Shown one piece after another: positions 29,568 through 40,700 of a stretch of DNA of 63,532 nt (its first letter is position 1; each line of letters opens with the position of its first letter). Origin of the DNA: Hyphomicrobiaceae bacterium (lineage in GTDB: Bacteria > Pseudomonadota > Alphaproteobacteria > Rhizobiales > Hyphomicrobiaceae); the NCBI GenBank assembly GCA_031365465.1, contig JANLYD010000003.1:1-63532 (forward strand), read 5' to 3'. The notes beneath the pieces are model-generated. The model was not told the origin of the DNA. It saw nothing but the letters and a program-made list of their open reading frames with translations, and ran no database searches. Position numbers and translations under genes: made by a program.

Positions 29568-30290
29568 TCAGGTGCCCGGCTGCGAAAAGAGGTGCGAACT
29601 GGTGTCATCGCCCTTCGGCCGGTCGTCGACGAGTACTGTTCCGGTCACCAGATAGTGAATGTTCTCGGCGATGTTGGTGGTGTGATCACCGATGCGCTCG
29701 AGGTTCTTGGCCCCGAACAGAAGATGCGTGCAGAGACCGATGTTGCGTGGATCTTCCATCATGTATGTCAGCAACTCACGGAACACACTGTTGTAGAGCG
29801 CGTCGAGCTGGGCGTCGGAACCCCAGACCGTCAGGGCCTTGGCAACGTCGCGCGTGGCGAGCGCATCAAGTACGTCCTTCAATTGCCGCAATGCCGTCTC
29901 GCCGAGATGCGCCATGCCAGCCACCAGCGGGCGTGGACGCTGCTCGCCGGCGATCACCGATGCTCGCTTGGCGATGTTTTTTGCGAGATCGCCGACGCGC
30001 TCGAGGTCGCCCGCAATTTTAAGCACGGTCATGATATGGCGCAGGTCGTTCGCCAGGGGCTGGCGCTTGGCGATCATCAGGATGGCGCGTTCCTGCAACT
30101 GGCGCTCCAATGCATCGATGCGGCGATCGCTGGCCGCGACTTTCTCGCCAAGCTTGGGATCGGGGCGCTCCAAGGCGCCGATGGCGTCGGCAAGCTGAGC
30201 CTCGGCAAGACCGCCCATCGCAGCGGTCATCCGATCGAGTTCTGCAAATTCTTCGTCGTAGGATTTGACGATGTGCCCGGTCATGCGCAA
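29568..30290 (-). CDS. phoU: phosphate signalling complex protein PhoU
   Basis: Two PhoU repeats (LERVGDLAKNIA and LERIGDHTTNIAE). Lies between pstB and phoB. Confidence 0.9.
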   Translation of the reverse strand: MRMTGHIVKSYDEEFAELDRMTAAMGGLAEAQLADAIGALERPDPKLGEKVAASDRRIDALERQLQERAILMIAKRQPLANDLRHIMTVLKIAGDLERVGDLAKNIAKRASVIAGEQRPRPLVAGMAHLGETALRQLKDVLDALATRDVAKALTVWGSDAQLDALYNSVFRELLTYMMEDPRNIGLCTHLLFGAKNLERIGDHTTNIAENIHYLVTGTVLVDDRPKGDDTSSHLFSQPGT

Positions 30291-30295
30291 TCTCC

Positions 30296-31105
30296 TCAGC
30301 CGAAGCGGCCGGTTATGTAGTCTTGTGTGCGTTGGACGCGCGGATTGGTGAAGGTTTGGCTGGTCGGCCCGAATTCGACGAGTTCACCGAGGTACATGAA
30401 CGCGGTGTGGTCGGACGTGCGCGACGCCTGCTGCATGTTGTGTGTGACGATGGCGATGGTGTAGTCGGATTTCAATTCCTCGATCAGCGCCTCGATGCGC
30501 GCGGTCGAGATCGGGTCGAGCGCCGAGCACGGCTCGTCCAGCAAGATGACTTCCGGCTTGACGGCGATCGTGCGGGCAATGCAGAGGCGCTGCTGCTGTC
30601 CACCGGACAGGCTCTGGCCGCTGGCGGTCAGTTTGTCCTTCACTTCGTCCCATAGCGCGGCGCGACGCAACGCCTCCTCGACGCGGACGGCCATGTCGGC
30701 CTTGGACAGCTTTTCGTAGAGGCCGATGCCGAAGGCGATGTTGTTGTAGATCGACATCGGGAACGGCGTCGGCTTTTGGAACACCATGCCGACGCGTGCG
30801 CGCAGCAAGTTGAGATCCACTGCCGGCGACAGGATATTCTCCCCGTCGAACATCACTTCGCCCTCGGCGCGTTGATCGGGATAGAGCTCATACATGCGGT
30901 TCAGCACGCGCAGCAACGTCGATTTCCCGCAGCCCGATGGACCGATGAAGGCGGTGACCTGTCTGGTGTGGAGCGGCAGGCTGATGTCCTTGAGCGCTTG
31001 CGATGCGCCGTAGAAGAAGCTGAGGTGCCGAATAGATATGCGCTCGGACAAGGAGCCGGTATCTGCCGCTGCTTCGCGCAAATTTTGCATCTGCATAAGA
31101 CTCAT
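30296..31105 (-). CDS. pstB: phosphate ABC transporter ATP-binding protein PstB
   Basis: [34 protein letters not shown], and a C-terminal ITGRFG tail typical of PstB. Confidence 0.92.
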   Translation of the reverse strand: MSLMQMQNLREAAADTGSLSERISIRHLSFFYGASQALKDISLPLHTRQVTAFIGPSGCGKSTLLRVLNRMYELYPDQRAEGEVMFDGENILSPAVDLNLLRARVGMVFQKPTPFPMSIYNNIAFGIGLYEKLSKADMAVRVEEALRRAALWDEVKDKLTASGQSLSGGQQQRLCIARTIAVKPEVILLDEPCSALDPISTARIEALIEELKSDYTIAIVTHNMQQASRTSDHTAFMYLGELVEFGPTSQTFTNPRVQRTQDYITGRFG

Positions 31106-31962
31106 GACTTGGGTCCTTTATCACCCAGCGCGCGGGCGACGATACTGAGTGCGAGTACGGTTGCTGTGATCAACAAGGCACCCGTCCAGGCCAATCGCTG
31201 CCAATCGGCGTAAGGCGAGAGCGCGAACTGGAAGATGACGGCCGGCAGGCTGGCCATGGGTTCTCGGATGTCGAGATTCATGAACTGGTTGTTGAGGGCC
31301 GTGAACAGCAGCGGCGCGGTCTCGCCGCTGATGCGTGCGATGGCGAGGAGCACGCCGGTGAGAATGCCGGCCTTGGCTGCTCGATAGCCAACGCTGCGTA
31401 TCATGACGACGCGCGGCATGCCGACAGAGGCCGCGGCTTCACGCATCTGGTCGGGCACCAAGCGGAGCATATCCTCGGTTGTCCGCACCACTACGGGAAT
31501 GACGAGGATCGCGAGCGCGACGGCGCCGGCGAGGCCGGAAAACGTTTTCATCGGTGCGACGATCAGCGTGTACACGAACAAACCAATGACGATCGAGGGC
31601 GCACTGAGCAGAATATCGTTGATGAAGCGGATGACCTGCGAGATCCGTGCATGACGGCCGTACTCGGCCAGATAGGTGCCGGCGAGAATGCCGATCGGGG
31701 TTCCGAGGAGAACGCCGAGCGTCGTCATGACAAGGCTGCCGACGATGGGATTGAGCAGGCCGCCATCGGCACCCGGTGGTGGCGTCATCTCGGTGAATAT
31801 CTTCGTCGAGAACCCCGCGAGACCTTTGACGACCAGCGTCCCCAGCACAAGGACGAGGCAGATGAGGCCGAGTGTGGTTGCAGCAACGCAGAGTGCCATG
31901 GCGATGTCGCTGCGGCGGCGGCGGCGTCGAAATCCGCTGATGTCGAAAGTGGGTTTGGTCAT
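31102..31962 (-). CDS. pstA: phosphate ABC transporter permease PstA
   Basis: 6-TM permease with an EAA-like loop ([11 protein letters not shown]). Overlaps the pstB start. Confidence 0.9.
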   Translation of the reverse strand: MTKPTFDISGFRRRRRRSDIAMALCVAATTLGLICLVLVLGTLVVKGLAGFSTKIFTEMTPPPGADGGLLNPIVGSLVMTTLGVLLGTPIGILAGTYLAEYGRHARISQVIRFINDILLSAPSIVIGLFVYTLIVAPMKTFSGLAGAVALAILVIPVVVRTTEDMLRLVPDQMREAAASVGMPRVVMIRSVGYRAAKAGILTGVLLAIARISGETAPLLFTALNNQFMNLDIREPMASLPAVIFQFALSPYADWQRLAWTGALLITATVLALSIVARALGDKGPKS

Positions 31963-31966
31963 GCGA

Positions 31967-32941
31967 TCACCGCCCCGCAGTTCGTTCGAGACGCCAGAGC
32001 AGATAGCGGGCGCCGCTCAGCACGATCAGCGTAATCACGAACAAAATCAGCCCCAGCAGCAACAGCGACGACGTGTAGAGGTCGCCGACGGCTTCTGTAA
32101 ACTCGTTGGCGATCGTTGCGGAGATCGTCGTGGCGGGGGCCAGCAGCGACGGGGCGATTTTGTGCGCGTTGCCGATGACGAAGGTGACGGCCATCGTCTC
32201 GCCAAGCGCCCGCCCGAGCCCCAGCATGATGCCGCCGATGATGCCGACGCGCGTGTAGGGGATGACGACGTTGCGCACGACTTCCCAGCGCGTGCAGCCA
32301 AGTCCGTAGGCGGCTTCCTTGAGTACCGGCGGCACGGTAGCGAACACGTCGCGGCTGACCGCTGTGATGAAGGGAAGAACCATGATGGCAAGGATCAGCG
32401 ACGCCGTCAGCAGTCCGATGCCGTAAGGTGGCCCAGCGAACAGTGAGGAGAGAACCGGTACGGGCGCGAATGTCGTAATCAGGAATGGCTGAACCGTCGA
32501 CTGCAGGAAGGGCGCTAGAACGAAGATGCCCCAGATGCCGAAAATGATGCTGGGAATGCCGGCGAGCAACTCGATCGCCGTGCCGATGGGGCGGCGCAGG
32601 GCTTGCGGGCAGGCTTCGGTGAGGAACACGGCAATCCCGATCCCTATCGGAACTGCGATCAGCATCGCGATCAGTGATGTAACGACGGTTCCGTAGATCG
32701 GCGCTAGGGCGCCGAACCTCTCGGTAACGGGGTTCCAGGACTGGCTGGTCAGAAAATCGAAGCCGAAGGTCTTGAGCGCGGGCCACGCGCCGATGGCGAG
32801 CGACACACAGATAGCGCCGAGCAGGACCAGCACGCCAACCGCACAGGCCAAGGTCAGCTGATGAAAAAACGCATCCGACCGCCGCAGACGGTCGAGTGAC
32901 CGTTGCCGTTCATCGATTGCAGCACTTGAGGCCGTCAACAT
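31967..32941 (-). CDS. pstC: phosphate ABC transporter permease PstC
   Basis: TM permease with [15 protein letters not shown] loop. Position between pstS and pstA. Confidence 0.9.
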   Translation of the reverse strand: MLTASSAAIDERQRSLDRLRRSDAFFHQLTLACAVGVLVLLGAICVSLAIGAWPALKTFGFDFLTSQSWNPVTERFGALAPIYGTVVTSLIAMLIAVPIGIGIAVFLTEACPQALRRPIGTAIELLAGIPSIIFGIWGIFVLAPFLQSTVQPFLITTFAPVPVLSSLFAGPPYGIGLLTASLILAIMVLPFITAVSRDVFATVPPVLKEAAYGLGCTRWEVVRNVVIPYTRVGIIGGIMLGLGRALGETMAVTFVIGNAHKIAPSLLAPATTISATIANEFTEAVGDLYTSSLLLLGLILFVITLIVLSGARYLLWRLERTAGR

Positions 32942-33003
32942 ATGTCAGCACCAAAATTGAGGTCTGCGCGACCTGAGGACCAGGCCGCGCAGGAACGTCC
33001 GCT

Positions 33004-34056
33004 TTACATCAAGGGCTTGCCGTCGGCACCGACGATCTTGACCCATTCCTTCTTGATCGACGTGATGACCGCTTCCGGCATGGGCACGTAGTCGAGATCG
33101 GAAGCCATCTGGCCGCCTTTCTTAAATGCCCAGTCGAAAAACTGCAGCGCCGTCTTCGCATCTTCAACTTTTGCGGGGGCTTTGTGCATGAGGATGAACG
33201 TGGCACCGGCGATCGGCCACGACGTGTCGCCCACCTGATCGGTGATGATCTCGCCCATGCCGGCCACACTGTCCCACTTGGCGTTGGCTGCGGCAGCCTG
33301 GAATGTCGCAAGACCCGGTTCGACGGCCTTACCGGATTTATTGATGACCTTGGTGTGGCTCATCTTGTTCTGCTTTGCGTAGGCGAACTCGACGTACCCG
33401 ATGGCGCCCTTGGTCTGCTGCACGTTGTTGGCAACGCCTTCATTGCCTTTGGCGCCGATGCCGACAGGCCATTCGACGGCAGTACTAGCGCCGACTTTCG
33501 CCTTCCACTCGGCACTGATCTTCGACAGGTAATCGGTCCAGATGAAGGTCGTACCAGAGCCGTCGGAGCGCCGCACGACGACGATGGGCTGGTTCGGCAA
33601 CTTGATGCCGGGATTGAGTTTCTGGAGTGCCGCATCGTCCCAGGACTTTATCTTGCCGAGATAGATGTCGGCCAGCGCTGGGCCATCGAGCACGAGTTCG
33701 CCCGGTTTAATGCCGTCGATATTGACCACCGGCACGTTGCCGCCAACGACCATCGGCCACTGCACCAGTCCGTCCTTCTCGAGTTGCTCCGCTTTGAGGG
33801 GCATGTCGGTTGCGCCGAACGTCACCGTTTTGGCCTGGATCTGCTTGATGCCACCACCCGAGCCGATCGATTGATAGTTGAGCCCGTTGCCGGTTTCCTT
33901 TTTGTAGACGTCCGCCCACTTGGCGTAGATCGGATACGGGAATGTCGCGCCGGCTGCAGAGATATCGGCAGCGTGCGATGGGATTGCCCATGCGGACACG
34001 CCTGCAGCCACAGCTGCAGCAACACCGGCGATGACTGCTCTTCTTGATTGTTTCAT
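33004..34056 (-). CDS. pstS: phosphate-binding protein PstS
   Basis: ATG 34056 (MKQSRRAVIAGVAAAVAAGVSAWA leader). GATFPYPIYAKW and SGSGT-like (GSGTTF) phosphate-binding motifs. Confidence 0.9.
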   Translation of the reverse strand: MKQSRRAVIAGVAAAVAAGVSAWAIPSHAADISAAGATFPYPIYAKWADVYKKETGNGLNYQSIGSGGGIKQIQAKTVTFGATDMPLKAEQLEKDGLVQWPMVVGGNVPVVNIDGIKPGELVLDGPALADIYLGKIKSWDDAALQKLNPGIKLPNQPIVVVRRSDGSGTTFIWTDYLSKISAEWKAKVGASTAVEWPVGIGAKGNEGVANNVQQTKGAIGYVEFAYAKQNKMSHTKVINKSGKAVEPGLATFQAAAANAKWDSVAGMGEIITDQVGDTSWPIAGATFILMHKAPAKVEDAKTALQFFDWAFKKGGQMASDLDYVPMPEAVITSIKKEWVKIVGADGKPLM

Positions 34057-34149
34057 TGGTCGGCTCTCTCTCTTGCGGCGTTGCGCCCGTGTGAGGGATG
34101 CGGGGGCGGGGTCCGATCGGCTGGCTCGGCCGCAAAATAACCGCGCAAC

Positions 34150-34167
34150 GCAACAGCAATATGACAA
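34150..34167 (-). promoter_or_regulatory. candidate Pho box upstream of pstS
   Basis: The minus strand reads TTGTCAT-ATTG-CTGTTGC, two 7-nt direct repeats at 11-nt periodicity resembling CTGTCAT-N4-CTGTCAT. It sits in an AT-rich tract about 95-110 nt upstream of the pstS ATG. The second half-site is weak. Confidence 0.4.
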
Positions 34168-34209
34168 TCTATCTAATTGAACTTATTAGATATTGTAAGT
34201 TCTGACCGC

Positions 34210-35493
34210 TCAAGCGGCGGGTAGAACAACCGTGAACGTCGAGCCCTTGCCCAGCGTCGATTGGATCCGCAGTTCGCCGCGATGCCGGTTGACGATGTGC
34301 TTGACGATCGCGAGGCCGAGCCCGGTCCCGCCACGCTCGCGGCTCTCTTTCGTGCTGACCCGATAGAAGCGCTCGGTGAGGCGCGGCAGATGCTGGGCTG
34401 CGATGCCGATTCCGTCGTCGGCAATCATCAGCGCGACGCGCGCTTCCTCCGACACGAAGCAGATACGGACACGTCCGCTGCGCCGGCCGTACTTGATTGC
34501 GTTCTGCATCAGGTTCTGGACGACTTGCATGAGTTCGTCGCGGTCGCCGATCACGGCCGTCGTCGCGGAAAGGGTCGGCTCATCGATTGTGACGCCGGCT
34601 TCGGCCGCGAGCTGTTGCAAAGCCTGCCTGGCCTGCGCGATCAGTTCCGCAAGATCGACGACGCCGGTCGGCGGCACATGCTGGCGCATCTCGATTCGGC
34701 TGAGCGACAGCAAATCTTCGATCAGGCGGGACATGCGCTGGGCCTGATCCTGCATGATGGCGAGGAACTTGTCGCGAGCGGCGGGATCGTTTCTGGCGGC
34801 ACCCTGTAAGGTTTCGACGAAGCCCTTGAGTGCCGCCAGCGGCGTGCGCAGTTCATGGCTCGCGTTGGCGACGAACTCGGCGCGCATCTGCGCGAGGTTG
34901 TCAGCTTCGGTCCTGTCGCGGAACAGGAGCAGCACTGCCGGCGCCGATGCTGCCTGCCCCTGCCCCGACATGGGAGTGGCGACGACCGACAGGTGCCGTT
35001 CGACGGGCAGGAGCATGTGCATGTCGCAGACTTGCGTCTGTCGCGTGAAATAGGCCTGATCGACTGCGGACAGGAGCTGGGGATCGCGATGAACCTGCGT
35101 CAAACTCCGCTCATTGCATGCTGGAAACATGATCTGCGCGCTGGCATTCGCAGCAATTATGGTTTGGTCGCGGCCAAGCATCAACGCCGGATCGGCCATG
35201 GCATCCATTACCTGGCGCCAGGTTGCAGCGGGATCGTGTCGCGACGGCGCGTGTGCCGGGGTGAGGCTTTGCCGAAATTGCGTCGTCACCTCGGCACGAT
35301 CGAACACCGGCCTCAAAGCAAGCCCAACGCCCAGCGCCAACAGGATCAGCAGCGGCCACGGGGATTGCAATCCGATGGCGATCGCGAGTGCGGCGATGGC
35401 TGTCGAGACCGCAATCGCCGGCAATCGTCCGGCAAGCACACGCGGAGTGAGCTTAGCCTTCAAGGCTGTCCAATCATTCGGCCGGTTCAGCAT
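34210..35493 (-). CDS. phoR: phosphate regulon sensor histidine kinase PhoR
   Basis: Two N-terminal TM segments, a PAS-like region, H-box ANASHELRTPL, and N/G boxes (NLMQNAIKYG, DDGIGI, GGTGLGLAIVK). Sits at the head of the pst locus. Confidence 0.88.
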   Translation of the reverse strand: MLNRPNDWTALKAKLTPRVLAGRLPAIAVSTAIAALAIAIGLQSPWPLLILLALGVGLALRPVFDRAEVTTQFRQSLTPAHAPSRHDPAATWRQVMDAMADPALMLGRDQTIIAANASAQIMFPACNERSLTQVHRDPQLLSAVDQAYFTRQTQVCDMHMLLPVERHLSVVATPMSGQGQAASAPAVLLLFRDRTEADNLAQMRAEFVANASHELRTPLAALKGFVETLQGAARNDPAARDKFLAIMQDQAQRMSRLIEDLLSLSRIEMRQHVPPTGVVDLAELIAQARQALQQLAAEAGVTIDEPTLSATTAVIGDRDELMQVVQNLMQNAIKYGRRSGRVRICFVSEEARVALMIADDGIGIAAQHLPRLTERFYRVSTKESRERGGTGLGLAIVKHIVNRHRGELRIQSTLGKGSTFTVVLPAA

Positions 35494-35783
35494 CGTGTCG
35501 GCGAGATCCTTCTGCGCAGCGGCGGGCGCGGTCGCTCGTGACCTCGGTCATATCAGGCAAAAGCCATGATGTAACTTCGGCAACTGCGGAGGATGTCGCG
35601 GCTGTTGCCAAGCTGCGGCGCTGCGGAACCCGTTCCTTCCGCAGTCGTGTCCAAAGCCGGTCAGCCGCTGGTTGACTGCTTACGATCCGCACTTTGGCCC
35701 GAGACCGGGCTCTGCCCGCAGGTAATTAAGCCAACTTATCACCCCTAGATTCGCCCGATCGCCTTGACGGCTGCGGCTACTCC

Positions 35784-35812
35784 TTGCCAGCGGGGTGATT
35801 GTCCAATATTAA
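35784..35812 (+). promoter_or_regulatory. candidate sigma70-type promoter of the island operon
   Basis: TTGCCA (35784-35789), 17-nt spacer, TATTAA (35807-35812), about 45 nt upstream of ATG 35857. Pattern match only. Confidence 0.3.
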
Positions 35813-35856
35813 TTCGTGTGCCCTCTTTCAGGCACTCAACGGTGCGCGTTAAATTC

Positions 35857-37707
35857 ATGTTGCGTCCCAAAATTCTCGGCATCAATTTCGTCTATCATCA
35901 GCCTTCGGCCTGTGTGGTGATCGACGGGGTCGTCGCTTGTGCTGTCGAGGAAGAGCGGCTCAATCGGGTCAAGGGCGGCAAGCCGACGCATGTCGACCAC
36001 ACTCTCGTGCTGCCATTCGGCGCGATCGATCGAACGCTGGCCGCGGCTGGTATCGCGTTTCGCGACATCGACTTGATCGCAACGAGCTTCAGCACGGAAC
36101 GGCGACGCCTCCACGCGCCGGAGCTGACCAAGCACCAGCCGATCCTACAGGGCAATTTCGAGACCGATGCCGGCAATCGTGCGTTCAATCAACTGGTGAC
36201 CCTTGCCCCAGAAGTCTTGGCGGCGCGCTACTCGGTGACATCGGCCTTCGTCACCGAGCGGTTCCGCTGGGTGCCGCATCATCTCGCTCACATCGCAAGC
36301 GCGTTCTACCCATCGGCCTTTGACAGCGCCGCCGCCATGGTTATCGACGGGATAGGCGAATACGAGACAGCGACGCTTGCGGACTGCGACGGGGCGGGCA
36401 TTCGCATTCTCGAAGAGACGTACTATCCGAACTCGCTCGGTTTCGTCTGGGAATTGTTGACTAGTTTTCTTGGTTTTGAGGGCAATCACGACGAGTCGAA
36501 GATTATGGGGCTTGCTGCATATGGCAATCCGGACCGGTTCCGCGATGCATTGCGCCGGCTGGTCACCGTCGGCGCCGACGGCCGCTTCGTAACACACCTT
36601 GACGGTACGGCGCTGACGGACAATTTCTCATCGCTCGAGACGGCGCTCGGGGTTCGCCGCCGCCTGCCTTACGAGCCGTTGGCTTGGCAAGGCCAGAACC
36701 GCAATCACGCCAACCTCGCGGCGGCGCTACAGGAGATTACGAGTGAAGTGTTCATACGCCAGGCTGAAACGCTCCGCCTGAAAACCGGTCGACGCCAACT
36801 TGTACTCGCTGGCGGGGTTTGCCTCAACTGCGTGGCGAACGGCGCCATCGCTGAGCATTGCGGCTTCGATGACATCTACGTGCAGCCGGCGACCGGTGAT
36901 GCCGGCACATGCGTCGGAGCGGCACTGCATGTCCTGAGAAGCGAGGCCGGCACCCCTTCGGCCATGAAGCCGCTCGCCATGCCCACGCCTTTCGTCGGAC
37001 CCGCCTTCAGCGATGACGAAATACGTATGGCGCTCGAGAAGTTCCGCTTGGACTACGAAGTACTCGACGACCCTGCCGATTACGCGGCTGAGTTTCTTGC
37101 CAAAGACAAGATCATCGGCTGGTTTCAGGGCGCTATGGAGTTCGGTCCCCGCGCGCTCGGAAACCGGAGCCTGCTCGCAAATCCGACCACACTCGGCATT
37201 CGCCACACGCTCAATCTCAAGGTCAAGCACCGGGAGGAGTTCCGGCCTTTCTGCCCGACCATTCTCGCTGAGGATGCATCCGAATGGTTCGATCATGCGC
37301 GGCCGCTGACGAAAGCGAGCCGGTGGATGTTGATGACACACCAAGTCAAGCACGCTAAGCGGTCGCTTATCCCTGATGTGTTGCACATGGACGGCAGCTC
37401 GCGCGTGCAAGTGCTGCAACGCGACGACAACCCGCTGTTTTACGCACTGATCGAAAATTTCAAGCGCCGGACCGGCGTACCGATTGTGCTGAATACCTCA
37501 TTCAATGATCAGGAACCGATCGTCTGCACGCCAGAAGACGCCTGCAAGTGCTATTTGAAGACACGCTTTGATGCGATGATCCTCGGGTCCTATCTTGTTG
37601 TTGGGCCCAAGCCATGGGAGCGGGAGCCGCGTCTCAGCTTTTTTGAAATGGAGGCGCGAAACTTCGACAGCTTCGGTTCTGCGTCGACGCGGAGGACAAG
37701 GTCATGA
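35857..37707 (+). CDS. NodU/CmcH-family carbamoyltransferase
   Basis: N-terminus KILGINFVYHQPSACVVIDGVVACAVEEERLNRVK, HHLAH metal motif, and the full family length of about 616 aa. Start at MLRPKILGI (ATG 35857). Confidence 0.8.
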   Translation: MLRPKILGINFVYHQPSACVVIDGVVACAVEEERLNRVKGGKPTHVDHTLVLPFGAIDRTLAAAGIAFRDIDLIATSFSTERRRLHAPELTKHQPILQGNFETDAGNRAFNQLVTLAPEVLAARYSVTSAFVTERFRWVPHHLAHIASAFYPSAFDSAAAMVIDGIGEYETATLADCDGAGIRILEETYYPNSLGFVWELLTSFLGFEGNHDESKIMGLAAYGNPDRFRDALRRLVTVGADGRFVTHLDGTALTDNFSSLETALGVRRRLPYEPLAWQGQNRNHANLAAALQEITSEVFIRQAETLRLKTGRRQLVLAGGVCLNCVANGAIAEHCGFDDIYVQPATGDAGTCVGAALHVLRSEAGTPSAMKPLAMPTPFVGPAFSDDEIRMALEKFRLDYEVLDDPADYAAEFLAKDKIIGWFQGAMEFGPRALGNRSLLANPTTLGIRHTLNLKVKHREEFRPFCPTILAEDASEWFDHARPLTKASRWMLMTHQVKHAKRSLIPDVLHMDGSSRVQVLQRDDNPLFYALIENFKRRTGVPIVLNTSFNDQEPIVCTPEDACKCYLKTRFDAMILGSYLVVGPKPWEREPRLSFFEMEARNFDSFGSASTRRTRS

Positions 37708-40700
37708 ACAAGACGTCGGTCGGCCGCGATGACGAGCTGCGACGGGAATATCACGTCCTCAAAGACGACATGCCGCACGAGTTCCGCCTCATCGTCAGCA
37801 AACTGGAGAACGATAAGGTCAGCCGTGGAATGCTGTATGGCAATGCGATCGAAGGCCTCGGCGCGATGACCTACGCGATTGCGATTGCGGTCGCGGCGGC
37901 ACATTCTGACGAAAAGGGCCGTGAGCGGAGGCTACTGCTGTGGAACAAGCTTAATGAGCCGAAACACAGGGCACTGGTGGAGAATCTCGGCAGCGATCAG
38001 CATTACATAAGATTGTGCGGCAAGCCCCTAAGCGACCTGTTCGAGGAAGTCGACCGCCAAAAATCCTTCAGCGGCATTCTCAACGATATCCTTCTGACAG
38101 CGAAAAGCATCGAGAGCGGCGTCCGATCCAGCGGCGAGGGCGATATATATGCCGAACTCGAGAACCTAAAACGAGAGTCACCTGATGGCACCTACGAGCA
38201 GCGTAGCCGGTTTGGCAACTCGCTCTATCATTTGGTGTGTGAGCTGTTCTGGTACTGGCCGCGCTATTCACTCGGATTTCTGGACGCTAACTCAAACCCG
38301 CCACGGGTCGAATTCGACACCGACGAACTTGGTGATCTGGTGTTGACCGAGACGCAGCGCGACAAATTCAAGTTCGACGTCGTTACGCGCGACAACAGAT
38401 GGATAAAACCGATGGTCGAACGGGGTCGGGTCCACATCGGCCCCGACCACGTCGAGGCGATCGACCCCGACCGCGTCCGCACGGTCTTTCTCGCCGACCA
38501 GATAGAGCGCAAGATCTATATGATCAGCCCGTTCCTCTTCAATTACGTCACGTCGGCGAAGGGTGCGCAAAATGTGAAATCCAAGTACCTGTTCCTTGAA
38601 CCGAATTGGTCACTCGCGAGTGGCGGGTTGATGTGGAAGACGTTTAACGATCTGGAGAAAGACGAGCATCGCGGACCGACACTGCCTGGTGGCGAAATCG
38701 GGCCAAGTCTCGAGCAAAGTCAAGACGGGCGCTGGCAGTCCTTCGTGAAGGGTTTACTGGAGCGTCCCTGCCAAGTCGCGCTTGAGACAGCCGGTGAGGC
38801 ATCGCAAGAGCGCGCCGTCTTCGACCACCTCAGGAACCAGTTGAGCAAAGTCCGCTTCGAACCAACGACCGGGAACGCCTACAAAGTTGCGGAGAAATCG
38901 GCGAAACCCCGCCTGTTCTACAAAACGGGCGCGTCGATCTATGTCGAAGTTGTCGAGGACGTCCCGAACGGCCGCACGGCTGTAGCCAAGGTTCTGCAGC
39001 CGAGCGTCATGGGTATTACGCATGTCGAACTTGATCGCTTCCCACGTGAAGTGACTTTTTTGAAAGCGTATTTCAGCTCACCGCAGATCGGCGCTAATGA
39101 TACGCGTTTGATCGGCAGCGGTATTGTCCAGTTTCTGGCCGAAGGGAAGACTACGGCGGGGGACGACGGCACCGCTGGGGCCAATTCGGACCGGCAAGGC
39201 GAAACAGCGGAGCGCGCGCGCAAGAGTACTGGAAAGGCGCGATCCGTCGACTTCTCCAATTGCTCGTTCTACGTCCGAGAGAAAATTGAAGAGAACCTGC
39301 GGGATGTCATCAACGAGGTCGAGCGTGAGCAACGCCGTGGTGTGCGCGGCACGGTACCCCGATCTTTGCCTGCCAACCGCGAGTCGATTGCCGTTGGCCG
39401 GCGCATTCTTCGCGCTCTCTATATCATCGAGCGTGCGGCGACGACACTCGAGCGCATCTATTCGGAGCCGAAGTCGCCAGAACTAGAGGCGCGGCTCGGC
39501 GACAACAAGGACGCACACTTTATTCATCGCGACATCCGGCCAGAAGTGATTCTTCACGCCGGTGGCGGGCTGATAAAGATCTGCGATTTTTCCGCAGCTT
39601 ATTTTCCCGGCCGCGACACTCATCGCGCACTCACAGACGACGAGGTAGGCCATGGCGCAGGGACTGCGCTGTTACTAGATAGTTTCGGCATGTCGTCCGA
39701 TTATTGCGCGCCAGAAGTTTACGTGCGTCCGGACGCCTACAGCCCGACTGCCGATGTGTTTTCGCTCGGCATCATTCTCAACGAATTGCTGTTCGGCAAA
39801 CGCAAGAACGTACAGCGTCACATTTGGGAGTGGCGAAAGACAGCCGGGGAGGAGCGCGATTGGAAGGACAAGCTATACGACGCGCCAGAGGGCGCCGAGC
39901 AAAGGGCCGACGAGCGCATCAAGTCCGCAGAGACAAGCGGCACACCCAGCCGATTCGATTTGCGCGAGCTTGTCGCGCGTTCGACGTGCCACCACACTCA
40001 ACGCTGGTCGATGTCGGAGTTTCGCGACAATGTCGCGGCGGCAAGTGTGATCGTCAGGGAGTTTTTGGCCGCCGAGACGAGGAAGGTAATCGCCGACGCG
40101 CGCAAAAGCGCAGCCCCCAAAGAACTGCAGGATGCGATAAGGTTCACCGCCGAGGCTTTCGGCTATGACGGGCGCACCCTCAAACCGACATCAATGGTCC
40201 GCTGCGCCGCCTGCTATGGCTGTAAGGAATTCACCTACGACAGCGACGAGCCGGAATTCTATGCGTGCCACAAAGACGGCATGTCGAAGGCCATCGCCGA
40301 CCTGAAGCAGGTGACAGACGGCGTCAACTCGGGGGCACAGCCCTCCGCCGACGCTACGGATCAGCTGGTTCGGCCTTTGACGCACGAGCAGGCGAATATT
40401 GTTCTTGGAGCGCTCGAGGCCGGCCTTACCATCTGTTCTGGCGTCGTCGATCGTGTTTCCGACGAGTTGGAGATTTTGGTAGGACGCCCAATCCCCGGCG
40501 GCGAGCGCGCCGAAGGCGAGTTCGATAAGCTTCGACCGCACCGCAGCTTCAACAGCCTCAGCGAAAAAATCTTCGTAGCTGCCGCTTACCCCGGGGGGGT
40601 GACAGTTGCTGATCCGGTCCAAGTTACCAAGCCGGCCGCCAGGGATACGCAGTTCGCTGAGGAACTGTTAATGCTGATAGGACGAGCCAGCGGCGTACAA

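Noticed and set aside
35738-35756. Possible distal att repeat (CACCCCTAGATTCGCC) matching the tRNA-Ser 3-prime end at the phoR-side boundary
   Set aside because: Only a core of about 6-8 nt (GATTCG) matches GGGATTCGAACCC. That is too weak to call, so the left boundary of the island stays undefined.
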